A stretch of 64,000 bases of DNA, taken from contig JAPKXR010000229.1 of the NCBI GenBank assembly GCA_026394715.1, positions 628 to 64,627 on the forward strand, written 5' to 3'. The position numbers and the translations under genes are program-made. The DNA comes from Methanomicrobiales archaeon. Its GTDB lineage: Archaea > Halobacteriota > Methanomicrobia > Methanomicrobiales > Methanospirillaceae. This document shows positions 40,220 to 49,777 of this stretch, in pieces (within the stretch, counting starts at the first letter, position 1; the number at the start of each line of letters is the position of its first letter). The notes below the pieces were generated by a model that saw only the letters and a list, made by a program, of their open reading frames with translations, searched no databases and had not been told where the DNA came from.

Positions 40220-41002
40220 TCATTCCTTCCCTTTCTTACTGATATTCCGTAACGTGCCCATGAACAGGCAGTCATCTGCCGCAATTGCTTCGATTCCGAC
40301 TTCATCTGTAAGTGGTAGACCGAGTCCCCTCACGATTGCGATTGGCATACATTCATCTGCCTCGCCCATCACCAGTTCGGCAGCTGTCGCAATGTTATCT
40401 GCCACAGCCCTTTTCGTCACCAGCAGTTTCCTTCCAAAAAGGTCGCATCTCCCGCGATCATCTATCACGGATGGAATCCCTGCACACCCGATTGCGACAC
40501 CGCTGCACCCGACCCTCATCGCATGTGTCCTGCTGTCCGCTACAATCACCCCGATGTTCACCCTGCACCGGCTGAACACCTCTTTCCTGATACGGTCGGC
40601 GCTTGAATCCGGGTCACAAGGGAGTGGCACAAGATATCCGGGAGGTGCGTTTGACGCATCCACCCCTGCATTGGGAAGCAAAGTACCGCCTTTCATGCAA
40701 AGAAGAAATCCTGAAATTCCTCCGACAATATGGTCGCTCTCACGGATAACGACCTCAACTTCCCGTGGATCCATGTTGAATTCATCTGCAAGTGCCATGG
40801 CTTTCGCGGAAGGGATGACATCTCCGAGATTGATCAGGCGACCTTCGGCAGTTGCGAGTGCGGATTCGGCAATAACAATAATATCCCCCTCAAGAAGTGA
40901 ATAATTTGTCCATGATAATGCTGTGATGAGGACAGAAATGATATCATCTCCGGGATTGATAATCCCTGTTGAAACTCCCCTGACCCCGAATTCTGCATTC
41001 AT
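40220..41002 (-). CDS. cofE: Coenzyme F420-0:L-glutamate ligase
   Basis: The ORF is open to 41065. ATG 41002 ([10 protein letters not shown]...) forms an ATGA overlap with the upstream gene. Contains GDIIVIAESALATAEGR and ...NAGVDASN. Confidence 0.9.
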   Translation of the reverse strand: MNAEFGVRGVSTGIINPGDDIISVLITALSWTNYSLLEGDIIVIAESALATAEGRLINLGDVIPSAKAMALADEFNMDPREVEVVIRESDHIVGGISGFLLCMKGGTLLPNAGVDASNAPPGYLVPLPCDPDSSADRIRKEVFSRCRVNIGVIVADSRTHAMRVGCSGVAIGCAGIPSVIDDRGRCDLFGRKLLVTKRAVADNIATAAELVMGEADECMPIAIVRGLGLPLTDEVGIEAIAADDCLFMGTLRNISKKGKE

Positions 41003-41814
41003 TCTGTTTTCTCCATGGTTTCGTAGACGATAATTGCATCTTTCGTCTCTTTCACATCGTGACATCGGACAATATCTGCACCTTTCGAAAGAAGAAGGGT
41101 AGTCAGGGCAAGGCTGCCTGCCAGTCGTTCTTCGGGAAGTTTCCGGGCGAGAAGGTCCCCAATAAAGGTCTTACGTGATATTGCAAGAAGAAGGGGGTGA
41201 TTGAATTTTTTAAACTCATGGAACTGTCTGCACAGCTGCCAGTCAAGGGCAACGGTACGGGTAGGGTTCCATAAACCAATCCCCGGATCAAGGATATATT
41301 CCCCTACTGAAAGGGAATCGCACCGCGATGTGACGAGCTGTAATGCATTGACAGTACCTGCCATGTCACTCGAGTCACCAGGTGCAGATGTGGATGCCAT
41401 AAGAAAACAGGGGAGCCCGGAATCGGCGGTCATTTTTGCGTATACCTGGTCAGCAAGTCCATTGATATCGTTAATGGCGTGGATATCGAATTTCAGGCAC
41501 TGCCTGAGTACTGTCGGGCGCATCGTATCAACAGAGATCGTTGCTCCGGTCCCCTCAAGTTCCTGAAGGGCTGCTACCATTCGCTCTGCTTCGCAGGAAG
41601 GGCTGACCGGGGGTGCAAAGGGCGAGGTACTCCGTGCCCCGATATCGATGATATCAGCGCCCTGTGCCATCATTTCCACGGCCCGCTGACCGATGTCCTT
41701 ACCTGAACGATATGATCCACTAAAAAATGATTCCGGGCTGCAATTGATGACCCCTATGGTCCTGACCGGTGCACCATCACCGATTTTCAGCCCGTTTACG
41801 ATACATTGGTGCAT
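40999..41814 (-). CDS. Dihydropteroate synthase-family pterin-binding protein
   Basis: 271 aa. Contains [24 protein letters not shown], ...ISVDT, and DPGIG. Confidence 0.85.
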   Translation of the reverse strand: MHQCIVNGLKIGDGAPVRTIGVINCSPESFFSGSYRSGKDIGQRAVEMMAQGADIIDIGARSTSPFAPPVSPSCEAERMVAALQELEGTGATISVDTMRPTVLRQCLKFDIHAINDINGLADQVYAKMTADSGLPCFLMASTSAPGDSSDMAGTVNALQLVTSRCDSLSVGEYILDPGIGLWNPTRTVALDWQLCRQFHEFKKFNHPLLLAISRKTFIGDLLARKLPEERLAGSLALTTLLLSKGADIVRCHDVKETKDAIIVYETMEKTE

Positions 41815-42638
41815 GAACGTTCCACTGCTGCCAGGTAAGTGTTCTCCATGAGTGATGCGATCGTCATCGGACCTACCCCCCCTGGTACCGGAGTTATTGC
41901 TCCTGCAACATCTTTTACCTGGTCAAAATCAACATCGCCGCATAATTTTCCATCAAGGTAGTTGATCCCGACATCGATTACCACCGCCCCGGGTTTAATC
42001 ATATCCGAGGTGATAAATCTGGCTTTTCCAACTGCGCTGACCACTATATCAGCTCGTCTCATCTCATCCTTCAGATTTCTGGTCTTTGAATGCGCTATCG
42101 TAATCGTTGCATCACGATGAAGGAGTAATGCTGCCATTGGACGCCCAACGTCGATGCTGCGTCCTGCTATCAAAGTTCTTGCGCCCTGAATCGGGATATT
42201 ATATGCATCCAGAAGCGTCATGACCCCCTTTGGTGTGCACGGAGCGAACCTTGGCGTTCCTGCATAGAGGAGGCCGATATTACAGGGATGAAAACCATCA
42301 ACATCCTTCTCCGGTGCGACTGCCTGGATCACCCTGCTGGTTTCGACCTGTAGTGGCAGCGGGAGCTGGACGAGGATACCATTGATCGATGGATCGTTAT
42401 TTAATTCCCTGATTTTTGCAAGGACTTCCATTGTGGTGGCAGTAGCAGGGAGACATGCCTTAACTGAGACAATATGTACCTTTTCACAGGCCTCATGTTT
42501 CATCCGTACGTACATCTTTGATCCGGGATCCTCCCCTATGAGGACCGTTGCAAGACAAGGCTGAACCCCAGATTCGTCTACCTGTTTTCGTACCAGATCC
42601 AGCCTTTTACCCGCAACCATCCTGCCATCGATGATCAT
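41796..42638 (-). CDS. folD: Bifunctional 5,10-methylene-tetrahydrofolate dehydrogenase / methenyl cyclohydrolase
   Basis: 280 aa. Contains ILVQLPLP, ...[23 protein letters not shown] and [11 protein letters not shown]. Confidence 0.93.
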   Translation of the reverse strand: MIIDGRMVAGKRLDLVRKQVDESGVQPCLATVLIGEDPGSKMYVRMKHEACEKVHIVSVKACLPATATTMEVLAKIRELNNDPSINGILVQLPLPLQVETSRVIQAVAPEKDVDGFHPCNIGLLYAGTPRFAPCTPKGVMTLLDAYNIPIQGARTLIAGRSIDVGRPMAALLLHRDATITIAHSKTRNLKDEMRRADIVVSAVGKARFITSDMIKPGAVVIDVGINYLDGKLCGDVDFDQVKDVAGAITPVPGGVGPMTIASLMENTYLAAVERSCTNVS

Positions 42639-42639
42639 G

Positions 42640-43878
42640 TTATTCGGGGAAAAGCGGGTATTTACCTGCCATTTCTATGACTTCTTTTCCAATCCTGTTA
42701 ATTTTTGCAGTATTACTGATATCTTTCAGGATTGATGCGACGAAGTCACCAATCTGGTGCATCTGCTCTTCTTTCATGCCGCGGCTTGTTACGGCTGGTG
42801 TACCAACTCGGAGGCCGCTCGTGACAAACGGGCTGCGGTTTTCATTGGGTATCGTATTTTTGTTGACCGTGATGCCTGCCTTGCCTAGTGCGACTTCAGC
42901 TTCGAGACCGGTGATTCCCTGTGCGGTTAGGTCGAGGAGGATGAGATGGTTATCCGTCCCGCCTGAAACCAGCCTGAGATCATGCTCGATCAGGGTATCT
43001 GCCATCGCCTTTGCATTTTTCACGATCTGCCTGCTGTAGTCAGTAAAGGAAGGCCGAAGCGCTTCATGGAAACATACGGCTTTCGCAGTAATTGTATGCA
43101 TCAGCGGGCCCCCCTGCATTCCTGGAAATATTGCCTTATCTATTGCCTGGGCGTATTCGTTATTACACATTATTGCCCCGCCTCGGGGTCCTCGAAGTGT
43201 TTTATGTGTTGTTGTTGTCGTAAAATTTACGACGCCTACTGAGTTCGGGTGGACCCCTGTTGCGCAAAGTCCGGCGATATGTGCGATATCTGCCATGCAA
43301 TATGCACCAACGCTGTCGGCTATCTCCTGAAATGCCTTAAAGTCTATTGTGCGTGGATATGCCGACGCACCACAGACGAGGATTTTAGGTTTTTCCTTCC
43401 TTGCAAGGTCCTCCACAACACCGTAATCAATAACTTCTGTCTTTGGATCAACGCCATACTGAGCAACGTTATAAAACTGGCCTGTAAAACTTACCGGTGA
43501 CCCATGAGAAAGATGTCCACCCTGTGAAAGCTTCATACTCATCAGAGTCTCGCCCAGTTTCATGAATGCAAAATATACTGCCATGTTCGCCTGGGTACCG
43601 GAATGTGGCTGGACGTTAGCATGCTGTGCGCCAAAAAGGGTTTTAAGCCGTTCTCGAGCGAGGTTTTCCGCCATGTCATGAAATTCACAGCCACCGTAGT
43701 ACCTTTTTCCGGGATAACCTTCGGCATACTTGTTGGTCATTATCGACCCCATCGCTTCCAGTACCGCCTTACTGACAAGATTCTCTGATGCTATCAGTTC
43801 CAGCCCGTTCAACTGGCGAAGACGTTCTCTCTCTATTATATCGGCTATTTCACGATCAGTCGCAGGCAGATGTGACAT
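42640..43878 (-). CDS. glyA: Serine hydroxymethyltransferase
   Basis: 412 aa. Contains [23 protein letters not shown] and [14 protein letters not shown] (PLP lysine motif). Confidence 0.95.
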   Translation of the reverse strand: MSHLPATDREIADIIERERLRQLNGLELIASENLVSKAVLEAMGSIMTNKYAEGYPGKRYYGGCEFHDMAENLARERLKTLFGAQHANVQPHSGTQANMAVYFAFMKLGETLMSMKLSQGGHLSHGSPVSFTGQFYNVAQYGVDPKTEVIDYGVVEDLARKEKPKILVCGASAYPRTIDFKAFQEIADSVGAYCMADIAHIAGLCATGVHPNSVGVVNFTTTTTHKTLRGPRGGAIMCNNEYAQAIDKAIFPGMQGGPLMHTITAKAVCFHEALRPSFTDYSRQIVKNAKAMADTLIEHDLRLVSGGTDNHLILLDLTAQGITGLEAEVALGKAGITVNKNTIPNENRSPFVTSGLRVGTPAVTSRGMKEEQMHQIGDFVASILKDISNTAKINRIGKEVIEMAGKYPLFPE

Positions 43879-44053
43879 ATATAAAAAAGTCGTCCTGATA
43901 TGGTAATACCTTTTCTTCTCAAGAGGCGATTCGCGGAAAATTCCCTGTAATTTAACCGATAATATTGTTAACCGCGGCGGAATGGTGCATATTCATTGAT
44001 GGGTGCGTGAGTGTACCCGGTTAATTTGTGAAAGGAAGCCAAATGATTAACTT

Positions 44054-44083
44054 TCAGTTCATCTAATATCAGTTCATCTAATA
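44054..44083 (+). repeat. Perfect 15-bp tandem duplication (TCAGTTCATCTAATA x2)
   Basis: Read directly from the sequence. It ends 8 nt before the left IS inverted repeat. Confidence 0.9.
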
Positions 44084-44091
44084 GTATTCTG

Positions 44092-44113
44092 CCTGAGTTT
44101 GTAGTTTTCTAAC
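44092..44113 (+). repeat. Left terminal inverted repeat of the IS
   Basis: See the mobile element entry. Confidence 0.8.
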
Positions 44114-44226
44114 TTACTTGCTGCTGAAAATTTTCAAAAATCTAGATTATTGTGCTTTAATTTTAAAATGGCTTGTAGATATCAATAGGAAGATTTATCA
44201 CGTGGTAAGTTATAATTATAACCTAC

Positions 44227-45927
44227 ATGCACATCAAACGTATCAAAAAAAAGGATGGCGTTTATCTGTCTTCATATGAATCGTACAGGGAGGATGGAAA
44301 GGTAAAAACTAGATTCATCGAATATCTCGGTAAGGAAGGAGATGTGAGGGGCGTACCTCTTCCGAAAAAGTCAACGCATATTCAAACGCCACTTTATCCT
44401 GAAAGATCCAAAAGCGCTGGCGATGTAAAACTTATGTGGACCATTGCTGAAAAAAACCTCAATATGTCCAAAATCATCGATAAAATATGTTGTGGAAATG
44501 AAAATATTGAGGGGAAATCTCCCGGGAAAATATTGACTGCGTGGGCAATCAATAAGGCAACAAATCCAGTGAGTGCGACAAATCTTAGCGACTGGGTCAA
44601 AACTACCGTCATCCCGGATCTATTCGGGATTCCCGACGATTATTTTACCGATAGTGCATTCTATACTGCATTGGACCGTGTTTGTTTCAAAGATAATACC
44701 GCTGACGGGTATACTGACTTTGGCCAGTTAATATGTGATGAACTTTTCAGACATTGGCGTTTGCACAACCCACCCCTTACTAAAGGAACAGAAATCCTGG
44801 CATATGATCTGACCCCCGTGCTGATTTTTGGAAGTGGAGACGATCTCGGTGAGAAAGGGTATAATTCAAAAAAAGCAAACCGGAAACAGATTAATTTATG
44901 CGTTTTAGTCTCAAAATTAGACAAAACTCCCGTTTCTTACTTTATATTACCGGGAAATTTCAACTCCATGTCGTCAGTAAAAGATCTGCTGGTAACTTTA
45001 ATCGATTTGTCTTTTACTTCAGGAACACTGATTTGGGATCGGGGAAATACTTCCGAAGATTCAGTTAAGGATATTGAAAAAATGGGTTGGAAACTAATCT
45101 GTGGTGTCCCGACGATTTCGAATGAAGCAATTTCACTCATAGAAGCGACGGAGGTTCCAATCAGCGTCTCCAACCTGGTTAAATCGTCAGAAAAAAGTGC
45201 TTTGTATGCAAAGAGAGCAAAAGGGGAATTGTTCGGGAGACAGAATGCCGGGGTTGTCTACGTAAATTTATCGAAGAGATTGGGATTGAACGATGCCCGA
45301 AATAAACTTTTAAAAGACATTGGTGACGATTTGGATTTGTTAATTAAAGATTTGGGGGGACTTCACGAGAAGAAAATAAACGAGAAAATTTCGGAATTAG
45401 TGGGCAACTACGAGGAATTTTTTAAATTTGAAATAAGCCCGGTCGGTGACAATTATTCTCTGAAATGGGAATATGATTTCCAAGCGATCGATACAGCTGC
45501 AGCTTTTGACGGGAAGTATCTGTTATATTCAACAGATACGTTGGTAAAACCAACTGATGTTGTAAAGGAATATATCGGAAAGGATTTCGTCGAAAAGACG
45601 TTCGAAACTATGAAATCATATCTGAAAATCGCTCCTGTCCGGCATTGGCGGAATACTCGGATTCGAGCGTTTTTTTTCATCAATATGATGGCTCTTTGGT
45701 TAAGAAAAGTTTACGAACTCCGCTTAAACCAAATCAAGAGTAAAAAACAACAATATGGTTTCGATGAATTATTGAGACGCTTAAGGAGAGTATCTTATGT
45801 CGAGATTGAATGTGAGGATGGGGAGAAAGCATTCTGGTACCTTAATCTCAATGACGGACTTGTTGAGCAGTTGAAATTGATGGGGTTCAAAAATTTGTTT
45901 GATGAAAAGAGGTTGTGCCAGGTGTAG
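44227..45927 (+). CDS. IS1634-family transposase
   Basis: 566 aa. The N-terminus MHIKRIKKKDGVYLSSYESYREDGKVKTRFIEYLGK matches the characteristic IS1634 opening (K-x-G-x-Y...SYRE-GKV...LG). Uninterrupted ORF. Confidence 0.78.
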   Translation: MHIKRIKKKDGVYLSSYESYREDGKVKTRFIEYLGKEGDVRGVPLPKKSTHIQTPLYPERSKSAGDVKLMWTIAEKNLNMSKIIDKICCGNENIEGKSPGKILTAWAINKATNPVSATNLSDWVKTTVIPDLFGIPDDYFTDSAFYTALDRVCFKDNTADGYTDFGQLICDELFRHWRLHNPPLTKGTEILAYDLTPVLIFGSGDDLGEKGYNSKKANRKQINLCVLVSKLDKTPVSYFILPGNFNSMSSVKDLLVTLIDLSFTSGTLIWDRGNTSEDSVKDIEKMGWKLICGVPTISNEAISLIEATEVPISVSNLVKSSEKSALYAKRAKGELFGRQNAGVVYVNLSKRLGLNDARNKLLKDIGDDLDLLIKDLGGLHEKKINEKISELVGNYEEFFKFEISPVGDNYSLKWEYDFQAIDTAAAFDGKYLLYSTDTLVKPTDVVKEYIGKDFVEKTFETMKSYLKIAPVRHWRNTRIRAFFFINMMALWLRKVYELRLNQIKSKKQQYGFDELLRRLRRVSYVEIECEDGEKAFWYLNLNDGLVEQLKLMGFKNLFDEKRLCQV

Positions 45928-45949
45928 GTTATAAATCTACAAACTCAGG
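45928..45949 (-). repeat. Right terminal inverted repeat of the IS
   Basis: Reverse complement of the left IR (20/22). It begins directly after the transposase stop codon. Confidence 0.8.
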
Positions 45950-46626
45950 ACAAAACTCCTACATTGTGTTCCACTTAGTCCTATATATAATGGGGACCCC
46001 GCACCCCTGGCGAAAAAGAGGTACATATCCATTTAGGTGCCCGGAAATCACCTTCCGATGACCCGGTATTGATAGGGATCCGATAATTCTATCACCCTTT
46101 GAAAGAAGGATACGCGGTTGAAATTCACGGTTGGCGGATGCACCCGTTTTCAGGCCATACCACGTCCCGGGTGACGGCCAGGTGCAGTGAACCAAGCCCA
46201 TTAAGAACCCGGATCCAGGAAAAGGAACGTGATATTGGGGTTATTTTAAAATATGGCCGATAATCATATATTTATGGAAACCGCCGGAAATACAGGCAGT
46301 AAGGACCAACAATCCGGGCACTTGCAGGAAGGGAGGTAGCAATGGGTGGCGCACTGGTAATACCCCGCTTATTTTTGGAATAACGGGCCTGGAATATGGC
46401 TGAATTTTTATCTGATAGGGACCAGATTGAATTGGCTTTTCTTTAATTTTGGTTGTTAAAAAAGAGGTTGATGCCATACCGCTGTTTTGTGACACAATAT
46501 ACACATACAAAAGTGTAGTATGTTGTACCCCATCGTAGCACTAGGCCAGGCCATTAGTCACCGAATTGCTCCCTTGATTAAGAGGGAACAAGAGCGTCTT
46601 GAAATCCAGGAATTTGATAAAAATAG

Positions 46627-47415
46627 TTATTTTGGATCGCCAACAGGACGGATGACGAATTTGCAGTGATCATCACCCATCGCATAACAGCGGAGCTCCG
46701 TTGTCATGTGATCTACCCCAAAATGCTGGGAAAAAATTGCTTCGAGAACGCCCGCGTCAAATGCACATGCCGGCCGTCCCAGGTGGGGCAGGTCATCGCA
46801 CTCAAAACAATCGTATACAATGAGTGTCACAGGGGAATAATTCTCCACTACTATCTGGCCCAGGTGATGCTCTTTCCAGAAATTCGCCGTTTTAACAATC
46901 AATGTGGAAAGGTCAGGACTTGCAATTGCGGCATACAACCCAAGCCCCATGCGAAACCCGGCTTCCCTGAGAATCGGGTCGATATTGATCCCTTTTGACA
47001 TCAGGGAGACCCTGATTGTCCGTAACATCAACTTGTAAAAGGTTGATGGGTCGTTGCCCTCGAGGAATGCGGCCACCATCTGACCCGACCCATCATCGTT
47101 GCATGTAATATCAGGAGATATCTCCCCGAGAAAACGGGACCGGATGTAAAAAAATTTCCTCCTCGAATCCGCGAGGTCTGGTTTCTCACCAATAATTCCC
47201 TCTTTTAATAGTGCGCCCAGGTGAGATGAGATGGTAGACTTGGCTTTTTGTGTAGCCTTGACAATCTCCTGGAACGACAACTCCCTGCCCCGGAGTACCG
47301 ATAGGATCTCTACACGGACCGGTGACTCAACAGTCCGGATGCCACGTTCTGTAGCGAACAGACCAATCGTTGGAGAAGATCCCGATTGTGCAGATATATC
47401 CATTTCAGCTTTCAT
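46627..47415 (-). CDS. Transcriptional regulator, ArsR-like winged HTH fused to a V4R (4-vinyl reductase) domain
   Basis: 262 aa. wHTH RVEILSVLRGRELSFQEIVKATQKAKSTISSHLGALLKEGII. The C-terminal V4R signature has conserved Cys (YDCFECDDLP...PACAFDAGVLEAIF...CYAMGDDHCKFVI). Confidence 0.8.
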   Translation of the reverse strand: MKAEMDISAQSGSSPTIGLFATERGIRTVESPVRVEILSVLRGRELSFQEIVKATQKAKSTISSHLGALLKEGIIGEKPDLADSRRKFFYIRSRFLGEISPDITCNDDGSGQMVAAFLEGNDPSTFYKLMLRTIRVSLMSKGINIDPILREAGFRMGLGLYAAIASPDLSTLIVKTANFWKEHHLGQIVVENYSPVTLIVYDCFECDDLPHLGRPACAFDAGVLEAIFSQHFGVDHMTTELRCYAMGDDHCKFVIRPVGDPK

Positions 47416-47574
47416 TCAGAGCCCCCTAATGCGAATTCTCCCCATTAAGATATCGGAGGGAGACTACTAAAGCATTCGGTAGAGAATGGAACAACCTATA
47501 TTATGGTAATAATACCAACTATCAATGTAAGCCGATAAAGCTTTATACCAGAAATTTGTGCAGGTGCCTGAATA

Positions 47575-48885
47575 GTGATTCCGATGGAAAATGAAGTAGC
47601 TCGTATACGGGATATTTTAAAGGATCGCCCCCGGGGAATGACAATCGAAGAGATATCCCGCATTTTGCCCTTAAACAGGACGTCCACAGCTAAATATTTA
47701 AATACACTCCTGATCTCCGGGCAGGCCGATATGAAGTCGTACGGCCGTGCCAAAGTTTTTTCACTGACCCAGAGGGTCCCCGTATCCAACTTAATGAGCC
47801 TGTCATCGGAGCTCATCCTGGTACTTGACAGTGAACATACCATCAGCTATGTCAATGACCAGTTTTTACAGATTTTTCACCTGAAAAAACAGGACCTCGT
47901 CGGAAAGCAGATCGATCAGACCCACGTCCCCCACTACGTTTCCCCCCGGTTCCTTGACATGATGAATAAGGCATTTGAAGGAAAAGAGAGCGTCCATGAG
48001 CAACATATAAAAATCAGGACTCATGACTATTACTTTATTTCCAAACTGGCCCCCATGGTCTTTGATAATGGAAGCGCAGGTCTTGCGATCATCCTTAAAG
48101 ATATTACCCCGTTAAAAGAATATCAACTGCACCTTGAAAACCTTGTCGAAGAACGTACACGGGAGATTATAAAAACAAATGAGAACCTCGGGCAGGAGAT
48201 CGCCGACCATGAGGTGGCCAGAAATGCTCTTCGGGTCGTGAACAACAAGCTCAACCTCCTGGCCAGCGTCACACGACATGACATCCTCAACCAGATCACC
48301 GCAATATCCGGGTATCTTCAGCTCCTTGATCATGAATGTTCCAGCAATCCCTCGGTACCCCCTTATATCCAGAGTATCGAAAATGCCATCCGCATAATCC
48401 AGCGCCAGATCACGTTTACCCGCGACTACAAAGACCTCGGATTGAAATCACCTGAATGGCAGCGTGTGGAAGAAGTGATCCAGCGGGCCGCTTCACTACG
48501 CCCTCTGCCCCATGTCGACCTCCGTATTGAGACGGGCAAGCTCGAGATTTTAGCCGATCCGTTCCTTGAAAAAGTTTTTAGCAATATCTTTGATTATTCA
48601 TTACTCCGCGGAAAGAACGTAACAGAGATAGCCGTCACATTCCATAAGCAGGGAGAGGAGGGTACCCTCCTGGTAACGGATAACGGGGTCGGGGTCCCAA
48701 CATCAGAGAAAAAACGTATCTTCGAATATTCCGGTAAAGACGCGGGATTTAACCTCTTCCTTTCGCGTGAGATCCTCTCAATAACCGGCCTTTGCATCCA
48801 GGAAAATGGGGAGGAAGGAAATGGTGCGCGGTTTGAGATCCTAATCCCGGGTAGCACCTGGCGAAATGGAAATGGTCCCGCATGA
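47575..48885 (+). CDS. Sensor histidine kinase with N-terminal winged HTH and PAS domain
   Basis: 436 aa with a GTG start (alternative ATG 47584). wHTH (MTIEEISRILPLNRTSTAKYLNTLL), PAS (ISYVNDQFLQIFHLKKQDLVGKQI), H-box SVTRHDILNQITAISGYLQL, and HATPase N/G boxes (NIFDYS..., VTDNGVGV, ...GNGARF). No receiver domain in the protein or its neighbours. Confidence 0.85.
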   Translation: MIPMENEVARIRDILKDRPRGMTIEEISRILPLNRTSTAKYLNTLLISGQADMKSYGRAKVFSLTQRVPVSNLMSLSSELILVLDSEHTISYVNDQFLQIFHLKKQDLVGKQIDQTHVPHYVSPRFLDMMNKAFEGKESVHEQHIKIRTHDYYFISKLAPMVFDNGSAGLAIILKDITPLKEYQLHLENLVEERTREIIKTNENLGQEIADHEVARNALRVVNNKLNLLASVTRHDILNQITAISGYLQLLDHECSSNPSVPPYIQSIENAIRIIQRQITFTRDYKDLGLKSPEWQRVEEVIQRAASLRPLPHVDLRIETGKLEILADPFLEKVFSNIFDYSLLRGKNVTEIAVTFHKQGEEGTLLVTDNGVGVPTSEKKRIFEYSGKDAGFNLFLSREILSITGLCIQENGEEGNGARFEILIPGSTWRNGNGPA

Positions 48886-48935
48886 TCTGCCCTCCATGAA
48901 ATTTTCACAGGCCAAAAAAATTGTGGGGGTTCAGC

Positions 48936-49526
48936 TTATTTTTTCACAATGTCCACTACCCGGATAGTAAATAAAAGGTCCTGTCCTGCAAGCAGGTGAT
49001 TTTCATCAATCGTGATGCTGGTCTCATTGGCAGTGAGGATATACACATAACCGATCGTGCCATCGGGCTTGACAAACCGGATTGAATCACCAGGTTTTGG
49101 ATTCCAGGCCTCCGGGTCTTTCACCGAAAGTGTGGCAAGTACCACATCCTTCGGCAGTACATTCACCAGACTCTGGATTCTCGGCCCATATGCCTGGTCT
49201 GCCGGTATCATTACCGTCTTATTTTCCCCAATACCCATACCAATAACTGCTTTATCAAAGCCGGAAATGACCATTCCTGACCCTGCGACAAACTCTACCG
49301 GGGTCCCGTTGAGTGAGGACTCGAACGGCCGTCCGTTTGAGGCCAGCGCGGCTGTATAATGGACCTTTACCGTGTCATTGGGCTTGACAACTACGTTCTG
49401 ATTGGCAACGGCCGTCTGCGATGTACACCCCGTTACCATAATAGCGGCTAAAATAAGAACAATTGTGATCCCGATAAAAAATCGGCCATCCGGCCCATTT
49501 CTCCGGTTCCTGCTGCGGATTGACAT
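48936..49526 (-). CDS. FKBP-type peptidyl-prolyl cis-trans isomerase, membrane-anchored or lipoprotein-like
   Basis: The ORF is open to 49592. ATG 49526 gives a basic N-terminus, a TM helix and the GC lipobox-like motif (IMVTGCTSQ). FKBP core: VKVHYTAALA.NGRPFESS and ...VEFVAGSGMVISGFDKAVIGMGIGENK. Confidence 0.83.
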   Translation of the reverse strand: MSIRSRNRRNGPDGRFFIGITIVLILAAIMVTGCTSQTAVANQNVVVKPNDTVKVHYTAALASNGRPFESSLNGTPVEFVAGSGMVISGFDKAVIGMGIGENKTVMIPADQAYGPRIQSLVNVLPKDVVLATLSVKDPEAWNPKPGDSIRFVKPDGTIGYVYILTANETSITIDENHLLAGQDLLFTIRVVDIVKK

Positions 49527-49777
49527 ACTAGTACATATGAGAAGTAATCGGATAATAGACCTGTGCTCACACAAATAGCATGATGAAATCACTGTTGGAA
49601 ATCTGATGGATTGATTTGCACTAAAACGGTAGGATTAATCAGAAAATCCCCTGGATAAGTATCCAGGATATTTTTCGCACCGTGCAACTGGTCCGGGCAG
49701 GTACCCGGTTCATGGGTACAGCAGGGACAGTTCTCGAATTTTATATAGCCGGAGGAAGAACTGTACTACGGTTTATC

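Larger units (their letters stand above)
44092..45949 (+). mobile_element. Insertion sequence, IS1634-like (IS4 superfamily DDE), apparently intact
   Basis: 1858 bp bounded by inverted repeats CCTGAGTTTGTAGtTTTcTAAC (44092-44113) and GTTAtAAAtCTACAAACTCAGG (45928-45949), 20/22 identical with 13/13 at the tips. It holds a single 566-aa ORF. It is visibly more AT-rich than its flanks. I could see no target-site duplication. Confidence 0.8.

Noticed and set aside
40254-40904. 216-aa ORF on the + strand
   Set aside because: It is antisense to cofE. The translation is low-complexity and Ser/Pro/Ala-rich, so it is a shadow ORF.
44054-44083. Tandem 15-bp repeat considered as a mini CRISPR or other array
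   Set aside because: There are only two abutting copies with no spacers and no cas genes, so it is a simple duplication.
47495-47520. TATTAT-GGTA-ATAATA palindrome in the V4R/kinase intergenic region as an operator
   Set aside because: The 6-bp arms are AT-only in an AT-rich promoter region, so the chance expectation is too high. It is more likely part of a TATA element.
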